Made by a program: the position numbers and the translations under genes
The notes under the pieces: generated by a model
Seen by the model: only the letters and a program-made list of their open reading frames with translations
Told to the model about the DNA's origin: nothing
The model's database searches: none
Origin: Clostridiales bacterium
GTDB lineage: Bacteria; Bacillota; Clostridia; Lachnospirales; WQUN01
Direction of reading: 5' to 3'
Length of the DNA: 48,502 nt
Assembly: GCA_031282635.1 (NCBI GenBank)
Contig: JAITDJ010000092.1
Coordinates: forward strand, 1-48,502
Shown here: piece by piece, positions 38,258 through 46,782 of the stretch
How the letters are laid out: every line of letters begins with the position of its first letter
Numbering within the stretch: the first letter of the stretch is position 1

Positions 38258-38722
38258 ATGTATACGGAAAAATTGCTGGAGGAGATAGGGATCGACCTGG
38301 CGCCTGTATGCCGTCATGGTAAGTCTGTGGTACCTATCAGGCGCTATAAGGATCTCTTATTTATATCCGGGCATGGGCCGGTAGACGCCGATGGCAGGCC
38401 GCTTACGCAGGGCATTGTCGGGGTGGATCTGACGCAGGAGCAGGGCTTTGAGGCCGCGCGGCTCTGCGCGGTCAGTATGCTGCGCACGCTGAAGGACTAT
38501 TTAGGCGATTTAGACCGCATCGTGGAATGGGTAAAAGTTTTGGGGCTTGTTAATTCCGGCGGCGATTTCTGGGGAATGCCGGCGACTGTTAACGGCTTTT
38601 CTAATGTTATAGTTACGGTTTTCGGTGAGCGCGGCCGCCACGCGCGAGCGGCCATGGGATCGGCAAACCATGAGTCGGGATATCCGGTCGTCATTGACGC
38701 GATTGTGCGGATCCGCGACTAG
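38258..38722 (+). CDS. RidA/YjgF/UK114-family protein, paralogue 1
   Basis: 'LLFISGHGP...GIVGVDLTQEQGFEAARL...FGERGRHARAAMG...IDAIVRI'. Confidence 0.8.
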   Translation: MYTEKLLEEIGIDLAPVCRHGKSVVPIRRYKDLLFISGHGPVDADGRPLTQGIVGVDLTQEQGFEAARLCAVSMLRTLKDYLGDLDRIVEWVKVLGLVNSGGDFWGMPATVNGFSNVIVTVFGERGRHARAAMGSANHESGYPVVIDAIVRIRD

Positions 38723-38735
38723 AAGGATGGCGATT

Positions 38736-39488
38736 ATGCGCTATAGCAAGCTGTTAGAGGGAAAATCCGCATGGATAACCGGGGGGAGCGCGCCGCCGTT
38801 CGACGCTTACGCGCTTCTCTTCACAAAGCACGGCGCGAGGGTTACGGTTTTGGATTGTGAAAAAGGCTGCGATCTTACAGAGCCGGACGCCGCGGGAGCG
38901 GCTTGCGAGGCGCTGCTGAGCGAATCCGGCCCTCCGGACATCTGGCTTCATATAGCGGATGTGTATGATACGGCCTATATTGACGAACTAAGTATGGAAA
39001 CACTGGAAAAAATGTTAGCGGTCAGCGTTCTTACGCCGTTTCGGATTATGAAGTCGATAGCTGTTCCAATGCGAGAGAACGGCGGTGGATCCGTGGTATT
39101 TGTCAGCGGCGAGTACGGCGTGCAGGCCATGAACCGCGTATCGGCGTACGGCGCGGCTAAGGGCGGCGAAATCGCTATGGCCAACGCGTTTGCCGTGGAA
39201 TACGCGGCGGATGGCATACGCGTGAATACGCTTGTGCCAGGCGTGAGTTTTTCACCGGTGGGCGACGATATACTGCTGCAGTCGGGCGAAAGCGATACGC
39301 CGGATTTTTGGGGTTGTGTACAACCGTTCCGAAGGCGGGGCGATATGTCCGAACTGGCGAACGCGGCGCTGTTCCTGGCTTCGGATATGTCAGACTATAT
39401 TACCGGCGAGGCGCTGTATATAAATGGGGCTGAACATTTGATCGCGCATAACCACGGTTTTCCGCGAAAGGACAAGGTGATGCCGTGA
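38736..39488 (+). CDS. SDR-family protein A (S-Y-K present, glycine-rich cofactor motif degenerate)
   Basis: 'AWITGGSAPPFDAYA' replaces TGxxxGxG. 'VFVSGEYG...SAYGAAKGG...GIRVNTLVPG' is retained. ATG 38736 follows the RBS gaagga. Confidence 0.75.
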   Translation: MRYSKLLEGKSAWITGGSAPPFDAYALLFTKHGARVTVLDCEKGCDLTEPDAAGAACEALLSESGPPDIWLHIADVYDTAYIDELSMETLEKMLAVSVLTPFRIMKSIAVPMRENGGGSVVFVSGEYGVQAMNRVSAYGAAKGGEIAMANAFAVEYAADGIRVNTLVPGVSFSPVGDDILLQSGESDTPDFWGCVQPFRRRGDMSELANAALFLASDMSDYITGEALYINGAEHLIAHNHGFPRKDKVMP

Positions 39489-40243
39489 GCGGGGAAAAAT
39501 GGCTGGAGGGTAAAACCGCGGTCATTACCGACGCGAACCAGGCTGTGGGCCGGGCTGTCGCCAGGCTGTTCGCGGCGCACGGCGCGGCGCTGGCTTTAGG
39601 CGCGGGCGATTTGACCCAAGGCGAAGAACTGCTCGCCGAACTCGATGTTTCGAATAGTTTTGTTTATTATTGTGATCTTTCGGATGCGGGGTCGGTTGAA
39701 GGATTCTGTACGGAAGTAAACCGCCGCTGGCAGTTGGTAAACATATTGGTGAACAACCCATGGACAGAAGAGAGCGGCGCGTTTGAAACCGCAGAGGATA
39801 GGGATGACAGCCGGATCCTGCAGATCTATCAGCACAGTCTTGTGCAAACGATGAGGGCGTTTTGGCCGAGGATGATTAAAGCGGGGTCCTGTTCTGTAAT
39901 ACAGATCTCGTCCTGTCTGGTCGTCAAGCCAACGCCCGGTTCGCTCGCCCGCGCGATAGGCTATGGGGCGCATGGGGGGTTGACTCGGGTTCCCGCCGTG
40001 GAAGGCGGTATCCATGAGGTGCGCGTGAACGAAATTTACGCCGCTTATGGCGTGAATACGGAAAAGCGGGCGTACGCGCCGCTAAAGGTTTCGGGCGTGG
40101 AACGTGACGGACGGGCGGATGTTGCCGGCGCGGCGAAAGCCGCCTTGTTTTTGGCCAGCGATATGGCGTCGTATATTTCCGGCGCGTCCATTTCCGTAAC
40201 CGGAGGCGTGCGCGCTGAGCGTCTTGCGGCCGTTGTGACGTGA
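39485..40243 (+). CDS. SDR-like protein B (catalytic Lys absent)
   Basis: 'AVITDANQAVGRAVARLFAAHGA'. 'YGAHG' replaces YxxxK. C-terminal 'ALFLASDMASYISGASISVTGG'. GTGA overlap with the upstream stop. Confidence 0.7.
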   Translation: MSGEKWLEGKTAVITDANQAVGRAVARLFAAHGAALALGAGDLTQGEELLAELDVSNSFVYYCDLSDAGSVEGFCTEVNRRWQLVNILVNNPWTEESGAFETAEDRDDSRILQIYQHSLVQTMRAFWPRMIKAGSCSVIQISSCLVVKPTPGSLARAIGYGAHGGLTRVPAVEGGIHEVRVNEIYAAYGVNTEKRAYAPLKVSGVERDGRADVAGAAKAALFLASDMASYISGASISVTGGVRAERLAAVVT

Positions 40244-40276
40244 GACGTTAATATGATGAAAGGATTGTGAGCGCGG

Positions 40277-40756
40277 ATGGGTGGTAGCCTATTAGAATTG
40301 TTAAACTCCGAGATCTGTGAGTTTAAAATACCTTTTGTTGACTATAGAAACCGATCGTTGGTCGGCATACGCGAAGCGGACGGGCTGGTGTTTGTTTCCG
40401 GCACGGCCTGCGAGGATCACCTGAAGGGCGGCCCGATTTGGACGGGCGCCGTAGGTAAGGATCTGTCTCTTGAGGAAGGTTATAAGGCGGCGCGTTGGTG
40501 CGGCCTGATTCAACTTAACATGCTCAACAATACGTACGGCCTTGACAGGATCGAGCAGATTGTGCGTTCATTCGGATTAATACAGGCGGCGGATGATTTT
40601 TACGATTTGGACGCCATATACGACGGCTATTCGGATGTGATGTACGCCGCTCTGCGCGATCGCGGCAGACATGTACGTACCGTTATGGGCACGCGAAACC
40701 TGCCCAATCATCATGTTACTATCGAGGTGGAGACAATCGCGAAACTTCGCGGCTGA
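40277..40756 (+). CDS. RidA/YjgF/UK114-family protein, paralogue 2
   Basis: 'LVFVSGTA...GAVGKDLSLEEGYKAARW...LRDRGRHVRTVMG...VETIAKL'. Confidence 0.8.
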   Translation: MGGSLLELLNSEICEFKIPFVDYRNRSLVGIREADGLVFVSGTACEDHLKGGPIWTGAVGKDLSLEEGYKAARWCGLIQLNMLNNTYGLDRIEQIVRSFGLIQAADDFYDLDAIYDGYSDVMYAALRDRGRHVRTVMGTRNLPNHHVTIEVETIAKLRG

Positions 40757-40771
40757 GGAGGCGGCAGGGCC

Positions 40772-41494
40772 TTGAAATACGCACGAATGTTAGAAGGCCG
40801 GCACGCCTTGGTTCTTGGCGGCGCGTCGCGGATAGGGCGCGCTGTCGCGCTTCTCTTCGCGGAGCATGGCGCGGAAGTAACCGCGGCGGACGAAGTCAGC
40901 GGCGAAACAGAACGAATATTCAACGAGATGGCCGGGGCATCGCCCGATATTAAGCTGTTTACCTTGGACTTTACGTCGGAGTGTATAAAAAGGATTCGAG
41001 ATTCAGCCCTGACGGAGTTCCCGCGCGCCGATATATTGGTAAGCGCCGCAGATTTGTACAAGACAGGCGAAACCCATAATTTCTGTCTGAAGGATTTTCG
41101 ACGGATGTTGGATGTTAATTTTATTCGCGCTGTCCGGTGTTTTCAGGCGTTATTGCCCGGCATGCTGGAAAACCGCCGCGGCGAACTGATATTGATCGCG
41201 CCCGATCTTACTGATTCCGCCCTGCCGGGAACCGCCGCGGCGGCGGCCTGCGCCGGGGCGATGGCGGCGTTCGCGAGGAATGTCACAATGGATTACATCC
41301 GCTATCATGTGCGCGCGAATACAATCTTGTACCCGTTCATACCCGGACGCGAACCGCTTACGGGCGCGCCTGAGCCGTTGGACGCCGCGAACGCGGCGTT
41401 GTGGTACGCCTGTGACCTTTCACGTTTTGTCATCGGGGAATCACTCAGCGTAAACGGTGGCGTGAGCTATTTTGAGGAGGCGCCTTCATCATGA
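40772..41494 (+). CDS. SDR-like protein C (cofactor motif intact, Ser/Tyr/Lys all absent)
   Basis: 'ALVLGGASRIGRAVALLFAEHGAEV'. The catalytic segment reads 'IAPDLTDSALPGTAAAAACAGAMAAFARNVTMDY'. The TTG start gives MKYARMLEGR, parallel to the other three SDR N-termini. Confidence 0.7.
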   Translation: MKYARMLEGRHALVLGGASRIGRAVALLFAEHGAEVTAADEVSGETERIFNEMAGASPDIKLFTLDFTSECIKRIRDSALTEFPRADILVSAADLYKTGETHNFCLKDFRRMLDVNFIRAVRCFQALLPGMLENRRGELILIAPDLTDSALPGTAAAAACAGAMAAFARNVTMDYIRYHVRANTILYPFIPGREPLTGAPEPLDAANAALWYACDLSRFVIGESLSVNGGVSYFEEAPSS

Positions 41495-42363
41495 ATTACG
41501 ACAGATTACTGGAAGGCAAATTCGCGGTCGTGACCTCCGGCGCGCACGGGATGGGAAAATATATAGCTAAAGTGATGATACGTCACGGCGCGGCGTGCGC
41601 GATCAATGGCATGAATCCCGAAGGTGAAAAGACTGCCGAGGAATTTCGGAAAAACGCTCCGGCCTCGTTTTTCATACAATGCGACATGTCGCTGAGTGAA
41701 GACCGTCGGAGGTTTATACAAGAAGTATCGAAGCGCGTCGATCATGTGGACATCCTGGTTAATACCGTAGGGATCAACCGCAGCGATTTCAGCGGGGAAG
41801 TGGACGACGAACGTTTTGAATATACACAACAGGTGAACCTTCACGGGGCTATCTGGATGACGCGCGGGTTTCTGCCGCTTATGAAAAAGACGGGCGGAGT
41901 GGTGACGCATATATCAACCATACATTCGGTACTTGGAATGCCGCCTAATACGGCATACGCCTCGTCGAAATCCGCGATAAACGCTTTTTCCCGCGCGTTG
42001 GCCGTTGAATATGCCTCATATGGCATACGTTCCAATGTTATAAACCCAGGCGGGATATTTACGGGTAAAACGGATGAGATACTGGCCGGAATCGCGAATA
42101 GCAGAGAAGAACTGGCCGCATGGGGGCGGCGGGGCGATTTAGGCCAGCCGGATTACGGCTCAGGCAGCGCCTATGACATCGCGAATACAGCGCTGTTTCT
42201 TTCGTCCGATATGGCGCGTCATATAACAGGCGCGGTTATAAACGTGGACGGCGGCGTGGTCAATCAGGCGCATAGATTCTATGAGCGGAAGCTCCCGCCC
42301 GATCACGATGAAATGTTCTATCAGGTGATAAAAAATCGTTTCACCCCTGTGGAGGATCTATAA
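41491..42363 (+). CDS. SDR-family oxidoreductase D (both motifs intact) with ~40-aa C-terminal extension
   Basis: 'AVVTSGAHGMGKYI', 'ISTIHS...TAYASSKSAINAFSRALAVEY...GIRSNVINPG'. ATGA overlap with the upstream stop. Confidence 0.8.
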   Translation: MNYDRLLEGKFAVVTSGAHGMGKYIAKVMIRHGAACAINGMNPEGEKTAEEFRKNAPASFFIQCDMSLSEDRRRFIQEVSKRVDHVDILVNTVGINRSDFSGEVDDERFEYTQQVNLHGAIWMTRGFLPLMKKTGGVVTHISTIHSVLGMPPNTAYASSKSAINAFSRALAVEYASYGIRSNVINPGGIFTGKTDEILAGIANSREELAAWGRRGDLGQPDYGSGSAYDIANTALFLSSDMARHITGAVINVDGGVVNQAHRFYERKLPPDHDEMFYQVIKNRFTPVEDL

Positions 42364-42391
42364 GCATTGTTTGCCGAAAGGAATGATATAA

Positions 42392-42862
42392 ATGAGTGTG
42401 GAACTGAATAGGCTGAAAGAACAGGAATTGTCGCTGCCGCCGATCAGGCTGACAAATAACGGAGTCGCAGAGTACAAGAAGGTAGGGGATCTAGTTTTTA
42501 TCAGCGGGTTAGGGCCGCTGAACGACGAAGGCAAACTCGCCTATACCGGCCGCGTCGGCGCGGAATATACAGTGGAAGAGGGTTACAAGGCGGCGCGGCT
42601 TGCGGGTCTGAACGTGCTGCAGCGCATCAAAGACGCGGCGGGCGGTCTTGACCGCGTGGATTTTGTTGTGAAATCTGTTGTCTGCGTGAGCGCGCCTCAG
42701 GGCTTCGGAGATATTTACAAAGTGGCGGACGGGTTTTCGGATGTACTGACAGAGGTTTTAGGCGAACGCGGGCTGCATGCGCGCAACGCGGTGGGGGCTT
42801 CAACGCTGAATGGCAACGCCCCGGTAATCTGCGACGCGATTGTTAAACTCCGCGATATTTAG
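42392..42862 (+). CDS. RidA/YjgF/UK114-family protein, paralogue 3
   Basis: 'LVFISGLGP...GRVGAEYTVEEGYKAARL...LGERGLHARNAVG...CDAIVKL'. Confidence 0.8.
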   Translation: MSVELNRLKEQELSLPPIRLTNNGVAEYKKVGDLVFISGLGPLNDEGKLAYTGRVGAEYTVEEGYKAARLAGLNVLQRIKDAAGGLDRVDFVVKSVVCVSAPQGFGDIYKVADGFSDVLTEVLGERGLHARNAVGASTLNGNAPVICDAIVKLRDI

Positions 42863-42880
42863 AAAAAAAACTACCTTAGG

Positions 42881-42923
42881 GGCGCTAAACGCTAAATTTT
42901 AGCGTCCTTACGCGCCCGTAAGG
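42881..42923. terminator. Two adjacent hairpins in a convergent intergenic region
   Basis: Palindrome cgctaaaTtttagcg (42890-42904). Stem-loop ccttacg cgcc cgtaagg (42906-42923) followed by tattt. Confidence 0.5.
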
Positions 42924-42932
42924 TATTTGCGC

Positions 42933-43646
42933 TTACAACGGAAAACGGTCTTTCCATTGCTCCAAAGCCTGAATATAGCGGCGGGTAATCTCCATTGGGC
43001 GAGTAATCGCGCTGCCTACGACAGCGGCCCATACGCCCGCTTCGAAAACATTAACCAGTTGTTCCGGCGTCCAGATGCCTCCTTCCGCTATCACAGGCAA
43101 ATCAAGACGAGAAACTAACGTCCGGATAAAATCTAAATCCGGCAATTTTATTCCTTGCGTTTCTTCGGTGTACCCACGTAAAGTAGAGCCTATGCAATCG
43201 AACCCCAATTCCCTTGCGCGCAGCGCGTCCTCAAGAGTGGCGCAATCCGCCATAAAAACAATGCGCGGATATTTTTTCCGGAGCGGCGCAAAAAAACGCT
43301 CCAGCGTAACGCCGCCTGGACGCGCGCGATTCGTCGCGTCGGCAGCGATTATATCAGCCCCTATTTCCACAAGGGCGTCCGCTTCTTTCATTGTGGGGGT
43401 AATGTATACGGCGCTGTCGGAGGAAACACTTTTGATAATTCCAATTACAGGCAGGGCCACTTCCCGCTGAATGGCGCGGATGTCATCGACAGTATTGGCG
43501 CGAATACCCACAGCGCCCCCATGCATGGCAGCACTTGCCATTTTCGCCATAATACTGGAACTGTATAACGGTTCTTCCGGCAAGGCCTGGCAGGATACAA
43601 CGAGCCCTCCCCTGATCTTATTTAACGGATTATTATGCCCTATCAT
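42933..43646 (-). CDS. nanE: N-acetylmannosamine-6-phosphate 2-epimerase
   Basis: 'GGLVVSCQALPEEPLYSS', 'GAVGIRAN', 'VIAEGGIWTPEQ'. ATG 43646 lies 9 nt after GAGGTG; the ORF is open from GTG 43658. Confidence 0.85.
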   Translation of the reverse strand: MIGHNNPLNKIRGGLVVSCQALPEEPLYSSSIMAKMASAAMHGGAVGIRANTVDDIRAIQREVALPVIGIIKSVSSDSAVYITPTMKEADALVEIGADIIAADATNRARPGGVTLERFFAPLRKKYPRIVFMADCATLEDALRARELGFDCIGSTLRGYTEETQGIKLPDLDFIRTLVSRLDLPVIAEGGIWTPEQLVNVFEAGVWAAVVGSAITRPMEITRRYIQALEQWKDRFPL

Positions 43647-43679
43647 ATACAGTATCACCTCGGCTCAACGATTATGCCG

Positions 43680-44492
43680 CTAGCAAACCACGCCGCTCCG
43701 TTCCTTCATATCCAGCATCCGCAGCCGGATTGTTTGCATAATCAGATCCACATCCGCGAGTTCGTTGACATTAACATCCATGATGCCGTAGCTGACCGAA
43801 TAATCGCAATCCAAATTATTATCTATATTTATTATATCCAGCTTCTTCACCGCTGCGGCCATAATATTCTCTACTATCGCATATGAACACTTCGGGAATA
43901 TGAGCAGGAAATCGTCGCCGCCGATATGGATGAAGATATCGCTTTTCCTGATTGACGATTTTACCACTTTAATAACTGTATGGATATACGCGTCGCCCTC
44001 CGCCTCCCCCAGGGCGTCGTTAACCGACTTTACGCCGTTCACGTCCAGGTAGCAGACCGAAAACGCGTCTGCGGCGCCGTCTTTAAATTGCTTAACCTGA
44101 TTCTCCAGTCTGTCCAGCGCATTAATCGGGCCCTTCAAAGTCTCGGTGAAAGCCATTTCACCGGAAGGACCGCTAAAATTCTTCAACTTGCCGTAATCCA
44201 CCCCGATAAAGATTTCCGCCTTCACATACTCTGTCCATGTCACTGAATAGTGGCTGATCCAGTACCACCGTCCCCCAATATTGGAGTTGTATTCGAAATG
44301 TCCGTTCACCTTGTCGCCGGCGGAGATTAATAGGGTATTCCCTTCGCCCGCCTCGCCGATGGTTTCTATATTGCCGAACAAATTCGCGGCGGCCTGGTTA
44401 AGCATTAGTATCCGGCCGTTATCAACTTGGACCGCGCAAAAAAACATCGGCAGATTCTCGGTTATCTCCCGCAGCAGATCGGAATTTTCCAT
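43680..44492 (-). CDS. PAS-like sensor + GGDEF-family domain with variant signature GGDDF
   Basis: 'FSVCYLDVNGVKSVNDALGEAEGDAYI...IRKSDIFIHIGGDDFLLIF'. An RxxD motif sits 5 residues before the signature. Confidence 0.7.
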   Translation of the reverse strand: MENSDLLREITENLPMFFCAVQVDNGRILMLNQAAANLFGNIETIGEAGEGNTLLISAGDKVNGHFEYNSNIGGRWYWISHYSVTWTEYVKAEIFIGVDYGKLKNFSGPSGEMAFTETLKGPINALDRLENQVKQFKDGAADAFSVCYLDVNGVKSVNDALGEAEGDAYIHTVIKVVKSSIRKSDIFIHIGGDDFLLIFPKCSYAIVENIMAAAVKKLDIINIDNNLDCDYSVSYGIMDVNVNELADVDLIMQTIRLRMLDMKERSGVVC

Positions 44493-44501
44493 GCTATCGC
44501 C

Positions 44502-45512
44502 TCACATCCCGTTAAAGTCGCCAATGTCCGGATTGGCATTGAGATCTAATGACGATATTTTCCCCTGTTTCCATCTAAAATATCCGCAGGAAGCGATCAT
44601 AGCCGCGTTATCCGTACAAAATACCGGAGGCGGCGCAAACAGAGCTATATTGTTTTTTTCGCACGCCAGCCGCATGGATTCCCTGAGCGCGCTGTTGGAC
44701 GAGACCCCGCCGGCCAGCGCCAGAGTATTTATATTCAGAGCCAAACACGCTGACAGGGCCTTATCCGTAAGCACATCCACCACAGCCTTTTGAAACGAAG
44801 CGGCCACATCCGCCTTTGAAAAGGCGGCGCCCGCCATCCTCTGTTTATTCAGGTAATTCAGCACAGCCGACTTAAGGCCGCTGAAACTGAAACCGCGGTC
44901 ATCCGAAAGCGCGCGCGGAAACATTATGGCGCAAGGGTTTCCCTCTTTAGCCAGCAGTTCGATAGACGGCCCGCCGGGGTACGGCAGACCCAAGGCGCGC
45001 GCGGTTTTGTCGTAAGCCTCCCCCGCCGCGTCGTCCCTGGTTCGCCCCAGCACTTCCATCTTCCAATTATCCAAAACACACAGCAGATGGGTATGGCCTC
45101 CGGAAACCACCAGACATATAAATGGCGGAGAAATTGGGCTGTTACCCAACAAATTAGCGCAAATATGCCCCTCAATATGATTGACTCCAATCAATGGCTT
45201 ATTAAGGGCAAAACTGAACGCCTTCGCGTACGACAAACCGACCAGCAGCGCGCCTACCAGCCCCGGCCCGTTTGTTACCGCTATGGCGTCTATCTGATGT
45301 TTACGCGTATCGGCTTCCCTGAGCGCCGCGTCAACTGCGCGCCCGATATTTTCTATATGCTTGCGCGACGCGATTTCCGGTACCACGCCGCCGTATTCCA
45401 TGTGAACGTTTATCTGCGAGGCAATGACGTTGGACAAAACGAACTGCCCGTCGCGCACCACAGCCGCAGCGGTTTCGTCACAGGATGTTTCTATACCCAG
45501 AATCAGCATCAA
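44502..45512 (-). CDS. tsaD: tRNA N6-adenosine threonylcarbamoyltransferase TsaD
   Basis: '[16 protein letters not shown]', 'INHIEGHI', 'VSGGHT', '[12 protein letters not shown]'. Confidence 0.95.
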   Translation of the reverse strand: MMLILGIETSCDETAAAVVRDGQFVLSNVIASQINVHMEYGGVVPEIASRKHIENIGRAVDAALREADTRKHQIDAIAVTNGPGLVGALLVGLSYAKAFSFALNKPLIGVNHIEGHICANLLGNSPISPPFICLVVSGGHTHLLCVLDNWKMEVLGRTRDDAAGEAYDKTARALGLPYPGGPSIELLAKEGNPCAIMFPRALSDDRGFSFSGLKSAVLNYLNKQRMAGAAFSKADVAASFQKAVVDVLTDKALSACLALNINTLALAGGVSSNSALRESMRLACEKNNIALFAPPPVFCTDNAAMIASCGYFRWKQGKISSLDLNANPDIGDFNGM

Positions 45513-46231
45513 TGATCAATATCCTTCAGTATTATTTCGCGGGCATTCGCGCGTTTCTGGGCGAAATTATCCGTCCAGAACGGCAGTTCCCAGTAATTCT
45601 TTTTCAAATACCCTTCGTAAACCAATGTTATAACCACGCCTATACAGATAACAGGCATTAAAAACATACCGACTGCGTATCCCAGTACGGGCAGGCAGCG
45701 CAGCAGTTCTATCAGCAGCGCCCCGGCGGACATATATGTAAAGGTATTCGATTTTTGCCCCGCGCTGTCCACAAGCAGATATCCCGCGGCCAGCGCCAGC
45801 GCCGTTTCACCCAAGAGCGTCATAAACCATACGATGGCCAAAAGTGCAAACGCCAATGGAATGCCGAATATGGAAACGATGAACGCCAAAATAAGCGACA
45901 TAAACGCACAGTAGCCCAGTAAGCCGTTTCCTATCAATTCCAGAGGTTTATACAGTACAAACCCCCCGCCTTGTTTTATTATTCCCGGTTTCAGCCTCAA
46001 GGCCAGCAAACATACAGCCAGCCTGAATAAAATAGCCGCCGCTGTCGTAATCCATCCGGGGATACGGTGGTAGGAAACTAACGCGGACACAAAAAAGGAT
46101 CCCTCCGCGTGTTGTTCCGCCGCTTCCGCGGCAATAACACGCGCGATATTATTGACGGCGCCCGCGTTGGCTTCCGCGTACACGCCTAAAAACACCGCCA
46201 ATAATAAAATGAGGAATCCTCTCGTTTTCAT
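45509..46231 (-). CDS. Multi-pass membrane protein of unknown function, coupled to the anti-sigma gene
   Basis: Signal/TM '[15 protein letters not shown]' plus at least four further hydrophobic helices. 4-nt overlaps with both neighbours. Confidence 0.65.
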   Translation of the reverse strand: MKTRGFLILLLAVFLGVYAEANAGAVNNIARVIAAEAAEQHAEGSFFVSALVSYHRIPGWITTAAAILFRLAVCLLALRLKPGIIKQGGGFVLYKPLELIGNGLLGYCAFMSLILAFIVSIFGIPLAFALLAIVWFMTLLGETALALAAGYLLVDSAGQKSNTFTYMSAGALLIELLRCLPVLGYAVGMFLMPVICIGVVITLVYEGYLKKNYWELPFWTDNFAQKRANAREIILKDIDH

Positions 46232-46782
46232 TTATGAGCCACGGACCTTTCCCTTTTGTAAATCACCAATTGAGCGGCAGACAGCGCGACGAACAGCAGC
46301 AAAGGCACAAAATTAAGGCCAGGGCCCGCTTGCTGCAAGTATAGGCTTATCTGCGACAATGCCGACGACACTTGCAACGAAATATTATCCACGGCGGCGG
46401 AAATCGAAACAAAAATGTTAATCAAAGGCTCCAGTTGAGGATACGGATACATCCAGCTTAACATAGTCTCTTTATTCATAATGAGGATAAACCCCAGACT
46501 TAAAAGCAGGGAAAATACACCTAAAATGCCGTATACCGGACCGGGTTTTACCTCCATTTCCGGAAGCCGCGATATTATGGCCATAACGCGGTGTTCAAAG
46601 CCTTCCGGCGCTTCCGAAAGCGTCATTTCCGAGAAGTTGTCCATTATCCCGTCGTATGCCAAAAAATCCTCTTTGCAATGAGCGCAAACGTGTATATGGC
46701 GGTTGAGCGAAACCGCTTCGGCGTCAGTAAGGGCGCTGTCCATATACTTCATCATCAAGCCGCCCGCTTTTTCACAGTCCAT
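46228..46782 (-). CDS. ZAS-type (zf-HC2) anti-sigma factor, membrane-anchored
   Basis: 'HIHVCAHC' HxxxCxxC motif near the N-terminus and two TM helices. Overlaps the sigma gene by 11 nt. Confidence 0.8.
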   Translation of the reverse strand: MDCEKAGGLMMKYMDSALTDAEAVSLNRHIHVCAHCKEDFLAYDGIMDNFSEMTLSEAPEGFEHRVMAIISRLPEMEVKPGPVYGILGVFSLLLSLGFILIMNKETMLSWMYPYPQLEPLINIFVSISAAVDNISLQVSSALSQISLYLQQAGPGLNFVPLLLFVALSAAQLVIYKRERSVAHK

